A stretch of 64,000 bases of DNA, taken from contig NC_092674.1 in assembly GCF_964355755.1 (NCBI RefSeq), positions 5,022,001 through 5,086,000 of the forward strand, read 5' to 3'. Position 1 is the first letter of the stretch. Each line of letters opens with the position of its first letter. The notes under the pieces were generated by a model. It was not told where the DNA came from. It worked only from the letters and a program-made list of their open reading frames with translations, and did no database searches. This stretch comes from Antedon mediterranea (taxonomy: Eukaryota > Animalia > Echinodermata). A program made the translations under genes and the position numbers. Positions 1 to 12,800 of the stretch are shown piece after piece.

Positions 1-2855
1 TGGTAAAAAAGTTGACCCTGCACATAAGATTTCCTCTAAGTTTTGGACGATATAGTTTTAAGCTGTGTCCCCTGGTTCTGATGTTGTGAGACAATTTAAA
101 TAAATCTTTTGGGTCAATATCCTCAAAGCCTTTCAACATTTTGAAAGCTTCAATCAAATCTCCTCGTAGTCTTCTTGTCTCTAATGGTTGAAGATCAAGA
201 TATTCTAACCTTTTTTCATATGGTAGATCACTTATTGACTTGACCATCTTTGTAGCTCTTCTCTGCACCTTCTCCAAGATTTTTTTGTCTTTGTTATAGT
301 AAGGAGACCAGGACTGTATACAGTATTCCATATGTGGACGGATGTATGCCTTGTACATGACCTGAAAACTTTCTTTGTCAATATTTTTGAATGTTCTTTT
401 GACAGTTCTCATACTATTCGTCGCTCTAGCTGCTGCTGCAGCACACTGTCGGCTTGGCTTGCAGTCGCTAGTGAAGATAACACCAAGGTCTTTTTCTTCG
501 TTTACTGCCAATAACGTTTCTCCATTTAGACAATATTCTGATTTCTCTGTCTTTCTACCAACATGGAGCACTTCGCATTTCTTGGTATTGAATTTTAGCA
601 GCCTTCTGACCATTCCTGAGCCCTATCAAGATCAATTTGAAGTTTTCTTGAATCCGATTTTTCTTTGATGGTCTTTATAATCTTTGCATCATCTGCAAAC
701 ATGTTAAAGTCTGCGCTGATAATTTTATCTGGAAGATCGTTTATGAAGAGGATGAATAGGATTGGGCCAAGGACTGATCCTTGTGGGACTCCACTCACTA
801 CATCTACCGGCTTGGATGTTGTATTTCTTACAATTACTTTCTGTGTTCTTCCTGCCAGAAACTCAGCAATCCAATTTATAGTCTTACCAGATATTCCATA
901 GCCTATCAGCTTGTGAATTACGCCCGTATTCTTAAACCGGACTTTAGTCGTAGTTCGAGCTAAAACTAAAAAAATGACGTCATTTTAATTCATAAACCGA
1001 ACTTCAACTAAATCACCGACTAAATCAGGCCAACCTCGACTAAATCGAGACGGATTTTGATCGATTTTTTTAGTCCTGGAGGGGGAAGACTAAATGGTCG
1101 ACTAAATGGTTTTTAAACGATGTTTATAAAAAACGTAACAGTCATTGAGTTGTTATATTGGCCAGATATTGAAGAATGAAATATCTATATTTATATTAGC
1201 TTAATTAAATATACATTGGTATAAATTATAATAATGAAAATCATCTTTATTTACAACTGTATACAAATTACATTATTTTCTTCGCGCAAGTCCGACTTGA
1301 GCTACGTCACGCCATAGCGACAATGGGAGATGCGGCAATTCACCACGCGATGGAATGTTTAGGGGGCCTAGCGCTTTCTTGTCACGCTATGAAGTGCGTG
1401 GTTCGTGGCGATCATACTTTGTTGGGGGCCTAGAAAATATAAAAGTTACCGTACCGCCATGGTTCCTAAATATATTTTTAAGATTTTATTTGTTGTTAAT
1501 CAAATATACTTCACTGTTAAATTAATACTGATATTGTTCTAATAATTAACGATTAAAATTATTTTTCATGTATATAGTCCTGATGCGTAAAAAGTGTTGT
1601 AAGAAATGGAAAGTGATATCAATGCGCAAAATTTCGTCTGCTCCTCAAATACTCTCTTGTCATTGGCCAATGTATAGCCTTTGTTACCCAGACGTGTGCA
1701 ACTCGACTAAAAGCTCGACTTCATTAAGTCGAACTGCAAACTTCGACTACTTCGTTTTTTAATCGAATTTGAAGTAATAGCTCGAACTACGACTTTTCCA
1801 AGTCGAACTTCGAACTACGACTAAAGTCCGGTTTAAGAATACGGGCGTTAGTCTTCGATGTGGAACGCTATCGAACGCCTTCATATAATCAAGGTATACG
1901 ATATCCACATCTTCACCACTATCTAGAGCTTCGGTGACTGTTTCGAATGTTTGTAGCAAATTTGTTAGACAAGACCTACCACTTAGGAATCCATGTTGAC
2001 ACCTAGACAGCATTCTACTTCCTTTAGCAAAGCCAAGCACATTGTCTTTGATGATTGATTCAAAAACTTTACATGGTATTGATGTTAGGCTGATGGGCCG
2101 ATAATTTTCAGCTTTCTTCTTGGATCCTTTCTTGAAAATTGGTGTGACATTTGCAGTCTTCCAATCTTTTGGTAATTTACCTGTCTCAAGTGAGAGCTTG
2201 AAAATGATAGTAAGTGGATGAGCTAGAGAACTGGCACATTGGTTCAGAACCATAGGATGGACACCATCTGGACCAGGAGCTTTGTTTGGTTGCTGTTGAT
2301 TTAATTTTTTCTGAACATCTTCTACCGAAAATACAATATTTTCAAGAATGTTGTCGCTGTTCCTGCTATCAAACTGGGGTAGGTCACCATCTGGTTCATG
2401 GGTATATACAGATTGAAAAAATTTGCTCAACATTTCAACTGCTTCCTGGTCATTTTCGTTCAAACTTCCATCTTCTTTTACAAGATTAGTTATACCTTCT
2501 TTTACTTTTTGTTGTTCCCTAATGTACTTGTATACTGGCTTAGGATTTTTCTTAAAGTTCTTCATTAACTTTTGCTCATGTTCTATACGTGCCTTTCTCA
2601 CGTTTGCACTTGCGACATTCCTCTGTTTCTTGTACTCAAGGTAGTCCTTGTACTGGTTTGTCTGTCTGTAATTTTTGTATAATTTGTGTTTCTTCTTTAT
2701 ACTCTTCTTTATTCTAGCTTTCAGCCATACAGGTTTCATGTTCTGTCTCATTGACCTCTTAGGTATATATTTTTCAGTTTCTGCATTGTAGATTTCCATA
2801 AATGTTTCCCATGCCTGGTTACAACTTTTATCATCAAGCAGAGCATCCCAATTTA
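1..2855 (-). mobile_element. CR1/L2-clade LINE ORF2 (reverse transcriptase), 5'-truncated, split by a MITE; continues past the window start
   Basis: RT motifs: KAPGPDG, NYRPISLTS, QHGF..GRSCLTNL, YLDYMKAFDSVPH (ORF 1759-2799), GVPQGSVLGP and FADD (ORF 595-798), plus YKAYIRPHMEYCIQSWSPY further 3'. Removing 921-1847 plus one TTA restores the frame: ...VPHRRL-IHKLIGYGISGKTINWIAEFL... Confidence 0.93.
921..1847. mobile_element. PIF/Harbinger-type non-autonomous element (MITE) inserted in the CR1 RT
   Basis: Perfect 38-bp TIRs (cgcccgtattcttaaaccggactttagtcgtagttcga at 921-958, reverse complement at 1810-1847). TTA duplication at 918-920 and 1848-1850. Confidence 0.92.
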
Positions 2856-2856
2856 A

Positions 2857-3968
2857 TTAATCCTAGAGAATAATACAGATTTGATGTTGGATGTTGCTAG
2901 TGGAATACGATCACTTAAAAAACAATATGAGGTTACCCAAGTAAATGGTATGGCTTTTGATGCCTTTTTTGAAATGGATTTTCAATATTTTCTTTAATTC
3001 AAGGATCGGTTTCTGGATGTATTTTAAATAATAAAATTTAGAAATTGTTGGAAACAATTGTTTGTCTATAGTAGTTCTTTAGGTAGTCAAATGTATATAT
3101 TTTTTCTCCTTTATATAGCTTTTGTTGTGTGTTCAACAAATGATGTTTACTCTATACTGTGCAATTATCAAGATGATATAAAAACATTAACCAAAGCAGC
3201 TTCTGTAGACCTTCTATCTAATGGCATTACTCCCTCTGGTTGTGCAGTTTCTACCATATCACCGTCATGTACTGTTGCTGTGCAACTTGAGGTAAGTTCA
3301 GTAGAAATTCTATCTAATGGTATTACCCCCATTGTGCAGTTTCTACCATATCACCTTTTTTTTTTGTGCTGTCGGAAGTTCGGCAACATTATTTATGATA
3401 TCACCTTAAGCATTTCGGTGTGAATCAAGGACATACGAAAGTTGTAGAGCTCTCAAAAAAATCCGTGAAAACAGCAGCTAATAAACTACTTAAAAAATTA
3501 TTATTTGTGTTTTACCTTTGTTATTTTGTCATTTACAGGGATTGGTAGACATAACAAATTTATTAGCAAAATTTAAATTGCAAGAAACTAAACTAAAATC
3601 TCAAATTTCAAAGCTGAAAAAAACAAAAATACCACATTACAACGAAAAAGTTCAGAGTGTAAAGCAGCAACAAAACAGCAACAAGGCAAGTCAGGAACTT
3701 ACAATTTAAAAACAATTATTTTATGAATATGTAACTGTTCTCATTAAGTACAAAAAAACCTTCTTATAGCATAACATAAGGCCAGAATGCATTATTTTCA
3801 GGTTAGGCAGGCAGAAATCATGAATAATTCATGATATTATAATGGCATAAATTAGGACACTGTTTGTAATATTTATTTTTTTAATTTATTTTTTAGATCC
3901 GACAACGTGTGCAAGAGTTACAAAATATTGAAAAATTGATTGACACTTTAACCAAAACCAAATCATGA
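2857..3968 (+). CDS. VARS: Valyl-tRNA synthetase-like gene, 3' exons (anticodon-binding end and C-terminal coiled-coil arm): ~2857-2947, 3119-3291, 3539-3685, 3897-3968
   Basis: Spliced peptide ...MLDVASGIRSLKKQYEVTQVN/AFVVC...[46 protein letters not shown]...YNEKVQSVKQQQNSNK/IRQRVQELQNIEKLIDTL resembles the eukaryotic ValRS C-terminus (GCAV...LQLQGLVD...Y..KVP). Splice phases are consistent, TGA at 3966-3968, AATAAA downstream. Cytosolic versus mitochondrial paralogue not determined. Confidence 0.8.
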
Positions 3969-4764
3969 CTAGGCTTGAAATAAAATTACTTCGTGAAATT
4001 TTCTCACCTCTCCAGAGACTTGGGAAAACATTGTGTAGAACTATAAGCATTGATAATAAACGATATTATTACAATAACTGTAATATTACGTTATGCAGAG
4101 TTCTCAAATTGGAAAAATAAAATATCAGGAGAATTTATGAAATCATATCCAAGCACAAGAAAGCGTGCTATAAAAAGTAGAAGGTGCTTTCACAAAAATT
4201 TTTGCCAGAAAAAATAATGCAATTGGGGCAATGTATTTTCATATTTTTATAAGACTGCAGAAAGTAATACAATATATAAATTATCAGGATGTGTTTTTTT
4301 TTGTGTGTATATTCTAAAAAAATATTGGGAAACTCCTGCGATTATTGAGAGGTTTGCATATAATTTTTTTGTTTTAAATGGTTACCTGTACAGCAATTTG
4401 TATTAGCAGTTTAACAGAAATGCAGTCGACGCTATGCAGCAGAAATAGACTTTGTGTTACACCTTTTCATATATAAATTTTTCTAAGTAATTCCAAAATA
4501 GAATGATTTAACTACACTGTTGTTCATTTTTATTCTGAATAATGCAGAAATTGCAGTATTGTAGCTGGTCCCTTTGCCCTTATTATTTCTAACTTAGTCT
4601 TTCTTTTGCCTTTGTATTTTGAATAATGAATTGTGAACAATTTGTAGTTCTGTATAGCAATGCTTTAACTATTTTGTACAGAAGTTTTAAGAATTTAGAC
4701 ATTTTAAATTCTTCAGCACTATTGTGTAATTTAAATATTTAAATAAAAAAATTCACAACATTAA

Positions 4765-5390
4765 AGACCCCTTCCCTGCAATTTTGGACGTTTTTTGGAA
4801 AATAATACATATATATCACTTTAAAAACATTAAACCATGTCATTCCTTGTCTTAAATGTACGTTTTATGGTAAATTATGATAAAAAGTGAGAAACAATGC
4901 ACTACCTAAGTAGCTCGCGGCGATCGACCTCTCGTGGACGGTCTTAGGCCTAGCCTAGCTAGGCTTAGTTTTGTAGGCCTAGCTGGTAAACATCGGTAAC
5001 GTACGAACATCGTACGCTACCTATATACCTAGCCTGACGTTGTATAGTTGCTGCATTAATTGTCTTTCTATTTTTGCCAGACTCCGTTGATACAAATTGG
5101 GGAAAACCCGGTATTTTCGCTGAAAAGTTAGGAGTCTTCCATTTGTTTTGGCCTCACGATCGATCGAAAAGTGGGCGAATTACAGGTGAAAAACAAAAAT
5201 ATCAATCCGCACGCAATGCATTTTGGGATTTATAGCGGGCCGCTATAATTATTAGAATCGACTTATTTTTCACATTTTTAACCGTTTAAAGACGAAAAAA
5301 TTTATCGCAATAGGACCATATAGTATTATTTTTACATTAAATATAGTTTGTGATCTTAAATTAGATCTTAAAAACGTAGGGAAGGGGGCT
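4765..5390. mobile_element. Non-autonomous DNA transposon with TTAA target duplication (Kolobok-like AG...CT termini)
   Basis: ttaa|agaccccttccct ... agggaagggggct|ttaa: imperfect ~13-bp TIR, TTAA at 4761-4764 and 5391-5394. Confidence 0.75.
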
Positions 5391-6351
5391 TTAAGTTAAA
5401 TTTTGTCTTGTAAATTATTCTATATTCTAAAAATATTGCAGTACTGTTCTACATACCTGATTATACAGTACTTTGGAATTTGTATGGTTCAAAATATAAC
5501 AAAAAGGTGCATAACAATAAACTATTAATATTCAAACTAGATACTGATGACATGTTATGCTTGAACTATTTTGTACAAAAGATCTGTGAACTTCAGTCAA
5601 CTATACTGCATGGACCTGGGTGTTTGTTTAATACGTTTTAAAGGAAGGAAGAAGTGAATCTGTTCTTTTTTACCTATGGAATTGCTGTGGAATATAGTGG
5701 CTTTTATCACACAAACATAATTAATATTCATCTTCAAGTGTGTAAGTTTATAACTAATTACAAAAAAAATTGTTTGCATCACTGAAGAAGACTTTTGTAT
5801 AGACTTGATAACTTAATCTACAGTAAAGTACCATGCTTTTTTTTTTTAAATAATCAGTGTAGGCCTACAACTAAATGAAAATATTGGGGTAGTATATTAA
5901 GCAAGATGGCTGCTATTATTGCAATCTAAATCAATAGAAATTAGTATTGCACCAATTTTACGATTATTAGTTTATTAAACATTAACAAATCAAATCATGA
6001 CTACAGAGGCCACACCACCCACACAGTGGGACTTCTCAAATGCTAGGCCATAGTCCACCCGGAACAAAAGCCACTTATGGAGTCACCGTTGGTTGTTTGA
6101 AAGTGGGACATATTTGAAATAAATTAAACCCAAATAGAATGGAATGTTTGCTATATTTTTTATAGGGACTGTGTATCATTCATGGTATCAGATCAACTAG
6201 TTTTATTTCCATTACCAAGTTAACATACACGATCAAACCACCGGACATATTTAAAATGTTTTTTTGATAAATAGACCTATCACAACTAGAATTTAAAATT
6301 AGACAACAAAATTATCATTTTTTCACAGAAAAATCAAAATGCAATGAAATC

Positions 6352-6895
6352 ATGGCAGACTTGAATGGGAAATTTGATGAGTTGAAAGCTAATCTTAACA
6401 AACACTATGATGGTGAACGTTATTGTTGGTTAAAATTCTGCTTATGCGATTCCTTAGATATAGGGGACTTTCACCAGAATGAAAAACCAGTCATAGCACA
6501 TGAGTTGTTCAATAAGCTTGAGATAAAAGGTTCCATTACACCTACTAATGTCAGCCTGTTGTTGGAGATTACAAGGATCACAGAAGTTAAGGCTGCTGAA
6601 GATCTTTTACTTGAGTTTAAGCAATCTAACCGAGATCAGAATGCTGATAAACAACTAGTACATGTATTGTCACCATATCGGAAACGCTTGTTTAAAGCTT
6701 TAAAAAATGTTGACGGAGCAAGTTTATTACATGTTATTGCATACTACAAACTGACGTCAAAGTTTGCCTCCAAAGATATTTGGAAGGTAGTATTCCACCT
6801 TGAGAGTAATGGGATATTAGCAGATCAACCTGGCAAAATAGAGAGATTTGCACTTCGTCTTAACCAACGTGCAAAGAATCTACTACTTGATAAAG
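6352..6895 (+). CDS. NLR first coding exon: tandem DED/death-fold-like domains
   Basis: LKFCL....ELFNKLEIKGSITPTNVSLLLEIT resembles the DED pattern (LF..LE..g.i...n...L.e.L). A second helical unit follows (YRKRLFKAL...DIWKVVFHLESNGIL). Acceptor ttttcacag at 6328, donor AG|gtaatc at 6895. Confidence 0.7.
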
Positions 6896-9800
6896 GTAAT
6901 CAAACCCTTCCTCAGTAAATGAATGATTTATAAATATAAATGATGATATATACTGTAGTTTAATATTTAATTGTATGTAGCTTTATGTATATACTGTACC
7001 CTAATTAAGAACCCCTTCTGAAGCAAGTCTACAAGTTAAAAATACAGTACGTCCTTTTTAGTGAACTTTTAATTTAATTGTTTTTTAAATAATTTATATG
7101 TATTTTGTTACGACATAGCAATATATAAGGCAAATAAATAATTAAATAATAAACATTTATGAGCATTTATATTTGAATTTGAGACAAATATATGCTGTTT
7201 TAACACTTTTTAGTGTTTTATGCCATTTTACTGATTGAAATACTTAAACCTCAGCCTTCTGATGGATTTTTAGAAATCAATACTAATAATATGTTTTTAA
7301 TTGTTCTTTTTTCTTTTATAGATTCAGAACTTCCGATTACTCTTTATCAAAAACAAGAATCATCCACTAACTGGGAATGCCCTCCGCTTAAAGAATATAT
7401 TTCAAATGTATGCCCATCTGTCAAGCTAATTACATTTGAATGGCACGTGTATCCCACTACTTCACTCGTCTTTCTTCTATACATAACTGATCAGATTGGC
7501 TTATCAAAAATAGTGGACATGCATTCAAGTAAAGAGCTTCTCAGGAGTTTAGCAGGCATCATTGAACCACTTCATCAGCAAAAGTTTATAGATCAGTGGA
7601 ACACAAAGATTGAACCAGATTATGATGCTGCTTTGAAAAAACTACAGAAAAACGGTAAGCTTTTACCGTTTATGTACACATTAGGCCTACAAAATTTACC
7701 GTACACATTTTCTATGATGGCCACAAACATTAAGTTATTTCACCAGCTCACTTTTTGTAACGAGATTGTAAAGTTACTTATATGCAATTTTTTTTTGGTA
7801 AAAAATGTATACGATATGATAGGACTGTTTAGCTTTTTAATAACTGCCTGTCACACTTTGTAATGTCAAAAATGTAATATGTAGGTTTTGATAATTTTTA
7901 TTCCTTGTATACATGATTACATAGTTACCACCTGAGAGATGGGAGGCAGGGAATATAACCCTCCAATCACCTCCTCCTGTATGGTCTAGACAAATTTGGC
8001 ACTTTTAGACTATCTTGGAATGTTTATTAAAGAGTGTCTTTGAAATTGCAGCACTATTGATTTCCTCCCATCATTTTTTGTTCAACAAAATGTGATGATA
8101 TAACATATTTTTGCGAATTGTATTGTATACAGCAACAATGTGTGAGTGAATGATTGTTTTAGATAATTAGGAGACTCCCTCTAGGGGTCTTTTGTGATAG
8201 TGATGTTAAGTTTAAGTAATAATAACATGGTACACTGCTATGGTTAAACAAACAAATACAAAAATAAAGTAAAACATCATGCAAATTTGATTTTAGAAAC
8301 CAATTTATATTTCATTTAGTTATTGGTACATTTAAAATACTGTTCAGTAATAAACTTATTTATCAATTTACCTTGCAGTGGATGACCTGGAAGCATGTCA
8401 AGGTATCTATTGGCTTATATTTTTTTTAAAACAATTTACAATTAAGCAGATTGAGTACAATTTTTAATGGTAGATAGCTTATACCCAATTCACACGTACA
8501 ACAAAAATATAAGAAAATGTAATAAGGATACAAGGATATCTTACAGCTTATTTTTACATGTTAGATTGCCATCGTGTAATATAATGTAATTGCAGAGTAA
8601 AAAAGACCAAAAGGAAACCGTGTAACTATGGATTTTGCAGTGCAAACCCCATCACTATTATTTACTAACAATTACTAACAACTAACAATGGTATATCTTG
8701 ATTTCAATATTATTTTGGGAAAGTCCAATGTCAAGTAATATAATATTATAGTAATTTGTTAAATGTCACATTTTATCTTTTAAGGTGCTGAGTTGATGGT
8801 ACGTCTTAGTAAAAATCAAAGTTCAAATTGGATATGGCCTGAAAATTCATTCTTCGATGGAGTTTTAAGGTTTTTTGCTTATTTCAAGAATAAGTTTAAT
8901 TTATACATCACATCAGGCGAATCTGGATCGTTGGTGTTATATCTGGCTGCTTATGACTCTAAAGCATTGCAAGACCTTTGGAAGATGTATTCAAGTCAAA
9001 AGTTGCAAAGCGATTTAGCAACAATTGTAGTAGACAAATTCCAGCAACAAGAATTGATTGATGTTAAAATTCATTATAAGGATTTTAAAGTTGCTGTGAG
9101 AAAGTTAGAGGAAATCGGTAAGGCATTTGCAAAATTATTGTTGAAAAAAATAATGGTATGTAGGCCCTAAGTAAAAATTGAAACTAATATACCAAGATAT
9201 ACTGTAAGACATCATTTGTTCACATCCGAGCACTATAAATTTTGTCTTTTTTTTTACCCATTAAAGCTATTTCAAGTTGACAACTTCTATCATAAATTTC
9301 ACACGGACTACCCTACTCTACAGGCATTAAAGAGAAATAGGAAGGGTTAAAACAATTTTAGGAGGAGGGGTTTGCTAATAATAATAATATTATTATTATT
9401 ACTTTCATACTGTTATGTAAATGTACAATGGTAGTTACTATGAAAATCAAACTGTGAGTTTGGAATGACTCAACATTTTAATTATTCAACAGAGAAATTA
9501 GACCAAGCAAAAATAGCTTCTGAGGAATGCAGAAAGGAACCAGAATCACCTGAAAATGTTATAATAGAAAAAGGTGAGTCACTGCAGTTAAACAAGAATT
9601 TGTAAATTTTGAATAATAAAAGACATTAGGCCTACAAGTAATATGAGTGTATTTCAACTGATATGGATCTGGAAATTAATAAATAGGAAAGTAGCAATTG
9701 TTTACCCCTAAAATATATTGGTTTTTTTTCTCTTTCGTGGGGGTCACCCACATTTATTCATTCCTTTTACAAATATATATTATATAACATACATACATTT

Positions 9801-12800
9801 TTATAAAATAAAGAACAATAAAATCCAATATAACAGCTAAAAAGGCACTATATCTATACATGTACATAAAATCGATGGAGTAAAAGTATGCTTTAAAAAC
9901 GTACATTTTATGTTTATTGCAAGTTATAGTAAAAGTACGACTATTTATCATCTAAATTTACTTTATATTAAGAAATGTATTAAAAAGTAGCTGTTTCTTT
10001 TATTATATCTTAAATCAGTACTCACAATTTGTTTCTTTATTTCTTTTGACCTTATATTACATCCATTACAAATATATACACACATTAATATACCTATTTA
10101 CATTTACGAATCAGTTTAATATAGTTATTATAAACACATTATATGCTACTTTTTATGTTTTGGCCTTGTATAACATTTGTTTCATTCCACTATTTCTATT
10201 CCTTTAAAGTTCTTTTCTTACTATGTTGGCCCTTTACATTTACCAGTTTGTTTACTTATATGTTTGACCGTGTGTTTCAGTCTATGTTTTACCCTAATAC
10301 ATTTATTTCTATCATGTATTAGTTTTAGTATAAGTCTAGGTGTTTGTTAGTTTTACACTACAGCTTGTACTAGTTTTATATTTTTCTTATTTTATGAATT
10401 CTAATAATTTAATTTTAACATCATTCCATTTTATAACTGCTTTATACTGATTACATGCGTATTCATTTTATATAAGATTTTTTAATTCAAACTTAAACAT
10501 ATTCAAGATACTTTTTGATTCGTTACCCATCATGTTATCTAATAAACTAAGCCTTATGCGGGATTTGTATATACAAAACGTAAAGATAGATGTTAGCTCA
10601 TTTACAAGTTTATCTTTGGAACCAGTAACTATATCAAACCAATGTATTGGCGTTTCATTAGGAAAACATTCAACAATAAGCAATAAGAATATTGAATTTC
10701 CTCCAAACTGGCTTAATCACTTTACACTTAAGTAACATATGTTCTTCGTTTTCTATCACATTCTTACATCTATCGCAAATATTAGTTTTAGACAATTTCC
10801 AAATATGTAATCTTTTATTACAAACAAGTATGCGATGTAAAAGTTTAAAATTGAATTGCGCAACTTTTACCATATGTTTCATATCTTTGACTTTATTATT
10901 CCATATTTTGTTCCATACCATAGTCTTATTTAAAAACTCTGTTTCCCATTTTACTTGGGAGATTGGCACTGTCTTTAGTTCAAATATAAACTTATCATAA
11001 AAACCTGTTTAGTTTAGCTTTAACGAGTTCACAACTACATAAAAATCAATCATATTAACCCCTCCTTCTTCTATTTTATTTATAAGTGTTTTCCTCTTAA
11101 TCTTTTCTTTTTTATTTCCCCATAGGAATCTATACAGTAACTTCTCTACCATTGGAAATACATGTTTTGGTACATTGATAATACTAGCATTGTATATTAA
11201 TTTTGAAATTGCTAGACTTTTAATTATTATCATTTTTCCAAAGAAGGTAAGGTGTCGTTTTTCCCATAGTCTTAAAGTATGTTCTAACTCCATAATTTTA
11301 TCATCCCAGTTTTTTTTTTCACAAACACCTTTTTTATAGCCTACATAAATTCCCAGGAATTTCACTGGCTCTTTCGTCCAAGTGATACCACAAGGGGTTG
11401 CTAGGTTATTTTGAATTGATCCAATCCAGATTCCTTTACATTTTCCTTTATTTAGCTTCAACCCTGAAATATTACAAAATGCATTGATTTCAGTGACAAA
11501 ATATTTTAAACTATTTTCACCTGATGTAAAAATCACAGTGTCATCAGCGAGCTGAGCTATTTTCACAATAATATCAATATCTTTATTCTCAGGTAATTCA
11601 ATTCCCTTACACAATGGATTATTCATTGCCATTAACTCGACTACAACTGTAAATAATAGTGCAGACAATGGGCAACCTTGACGTACTCCACATTCCATAT
11701 TAAAACTGTTTGAAACCCATCCGTTATTTTTAACCATACATCTAGTGCCTGTGTATATTACATTTATCCAATGTACAAAAGATAAACCAAAACCAAACTT
11801 TCTTAGAACATTTAACATTAACTTTCTATCTATTGAGTCGAATGCCATAGCAAAGTCAAGAAAAATCATGGCTCCTGGTATTTGCTTTTCTTTCGTATAA
11901 GACAACACATCTTCAACTAGTCTAATATTTTCTCCTCCAAATCTCTCATTAATATATCCTTTTTGATCATTACTGATAATAGACCGTAATACTTTTTTTA
12001 GTCTGTTTGAAAGAGCATGTGCCATTATTTTGTAATCTACATTTAGCAATGTAATTGGTCTCCAGTTTTCGAGACACTCTCTCTTTCCACTCTTAAATAA
12101 AAGATTTATTACACCTAACCTCTGTGAGTTACTTAAACTATTATTGTTGTAACTGTAATTTAAAGAATTACACAAAATATCTTTTAGATATTCCCAAAAA
12201 TGACGATAGAATTCGACACTTAGTCCATCGGAACCCGGACTTTTATTCAACTTCATGTTAGATATTGCTTTTGTTAGTTCTCCTTCTGTTAATATTCCCT
12301 CACATTCTATTTTATCTTTTTCTGATAGTTTTTTAACTGTAGTATTTCGTAAATATTTATTTATTTCATTTTCTGTTAGAATTTTATTTGAATACAGATG
12401 TTCATAGAATCTAATTTGTTCCTCTAGTATCTCGTGAACATCCGTAGTATGTTTTCCATTCCTTTTTAAGAGCATGGTAATATGTTTTCTTTTTGCATTG
12501 TTTTTCTCCAATCCTAAAAAAAAATTGTTATTTCTTTCTCCCTTTTCAAACCATTTAACCCTTGCTCTGACTATGGCGCCTTTTGCTTCACAATGATAAA
12601 TCTTATCTAAGTCATTAGTTTTATTTTTTAATTTTTCTTCTATATTTTGATCGTATGCGATATTAAGTTTGTTCGTTAATACATTGACTTCCTTAGTTAG
12701 GTTTAGCTTATTAACATTCATCTCTTTTTTTTTACTTGCACAGAATTTAGCTGAAAATTCTTTTATTTTTATTTTAAGTAGTTCCCACAGCAAGTCTGGA

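Noticed and set aside
5780-5820. Penelope-type hammerhead-like motif (ctgaagaag...)
   Set aside because: No GAAA core and no convincing stems.
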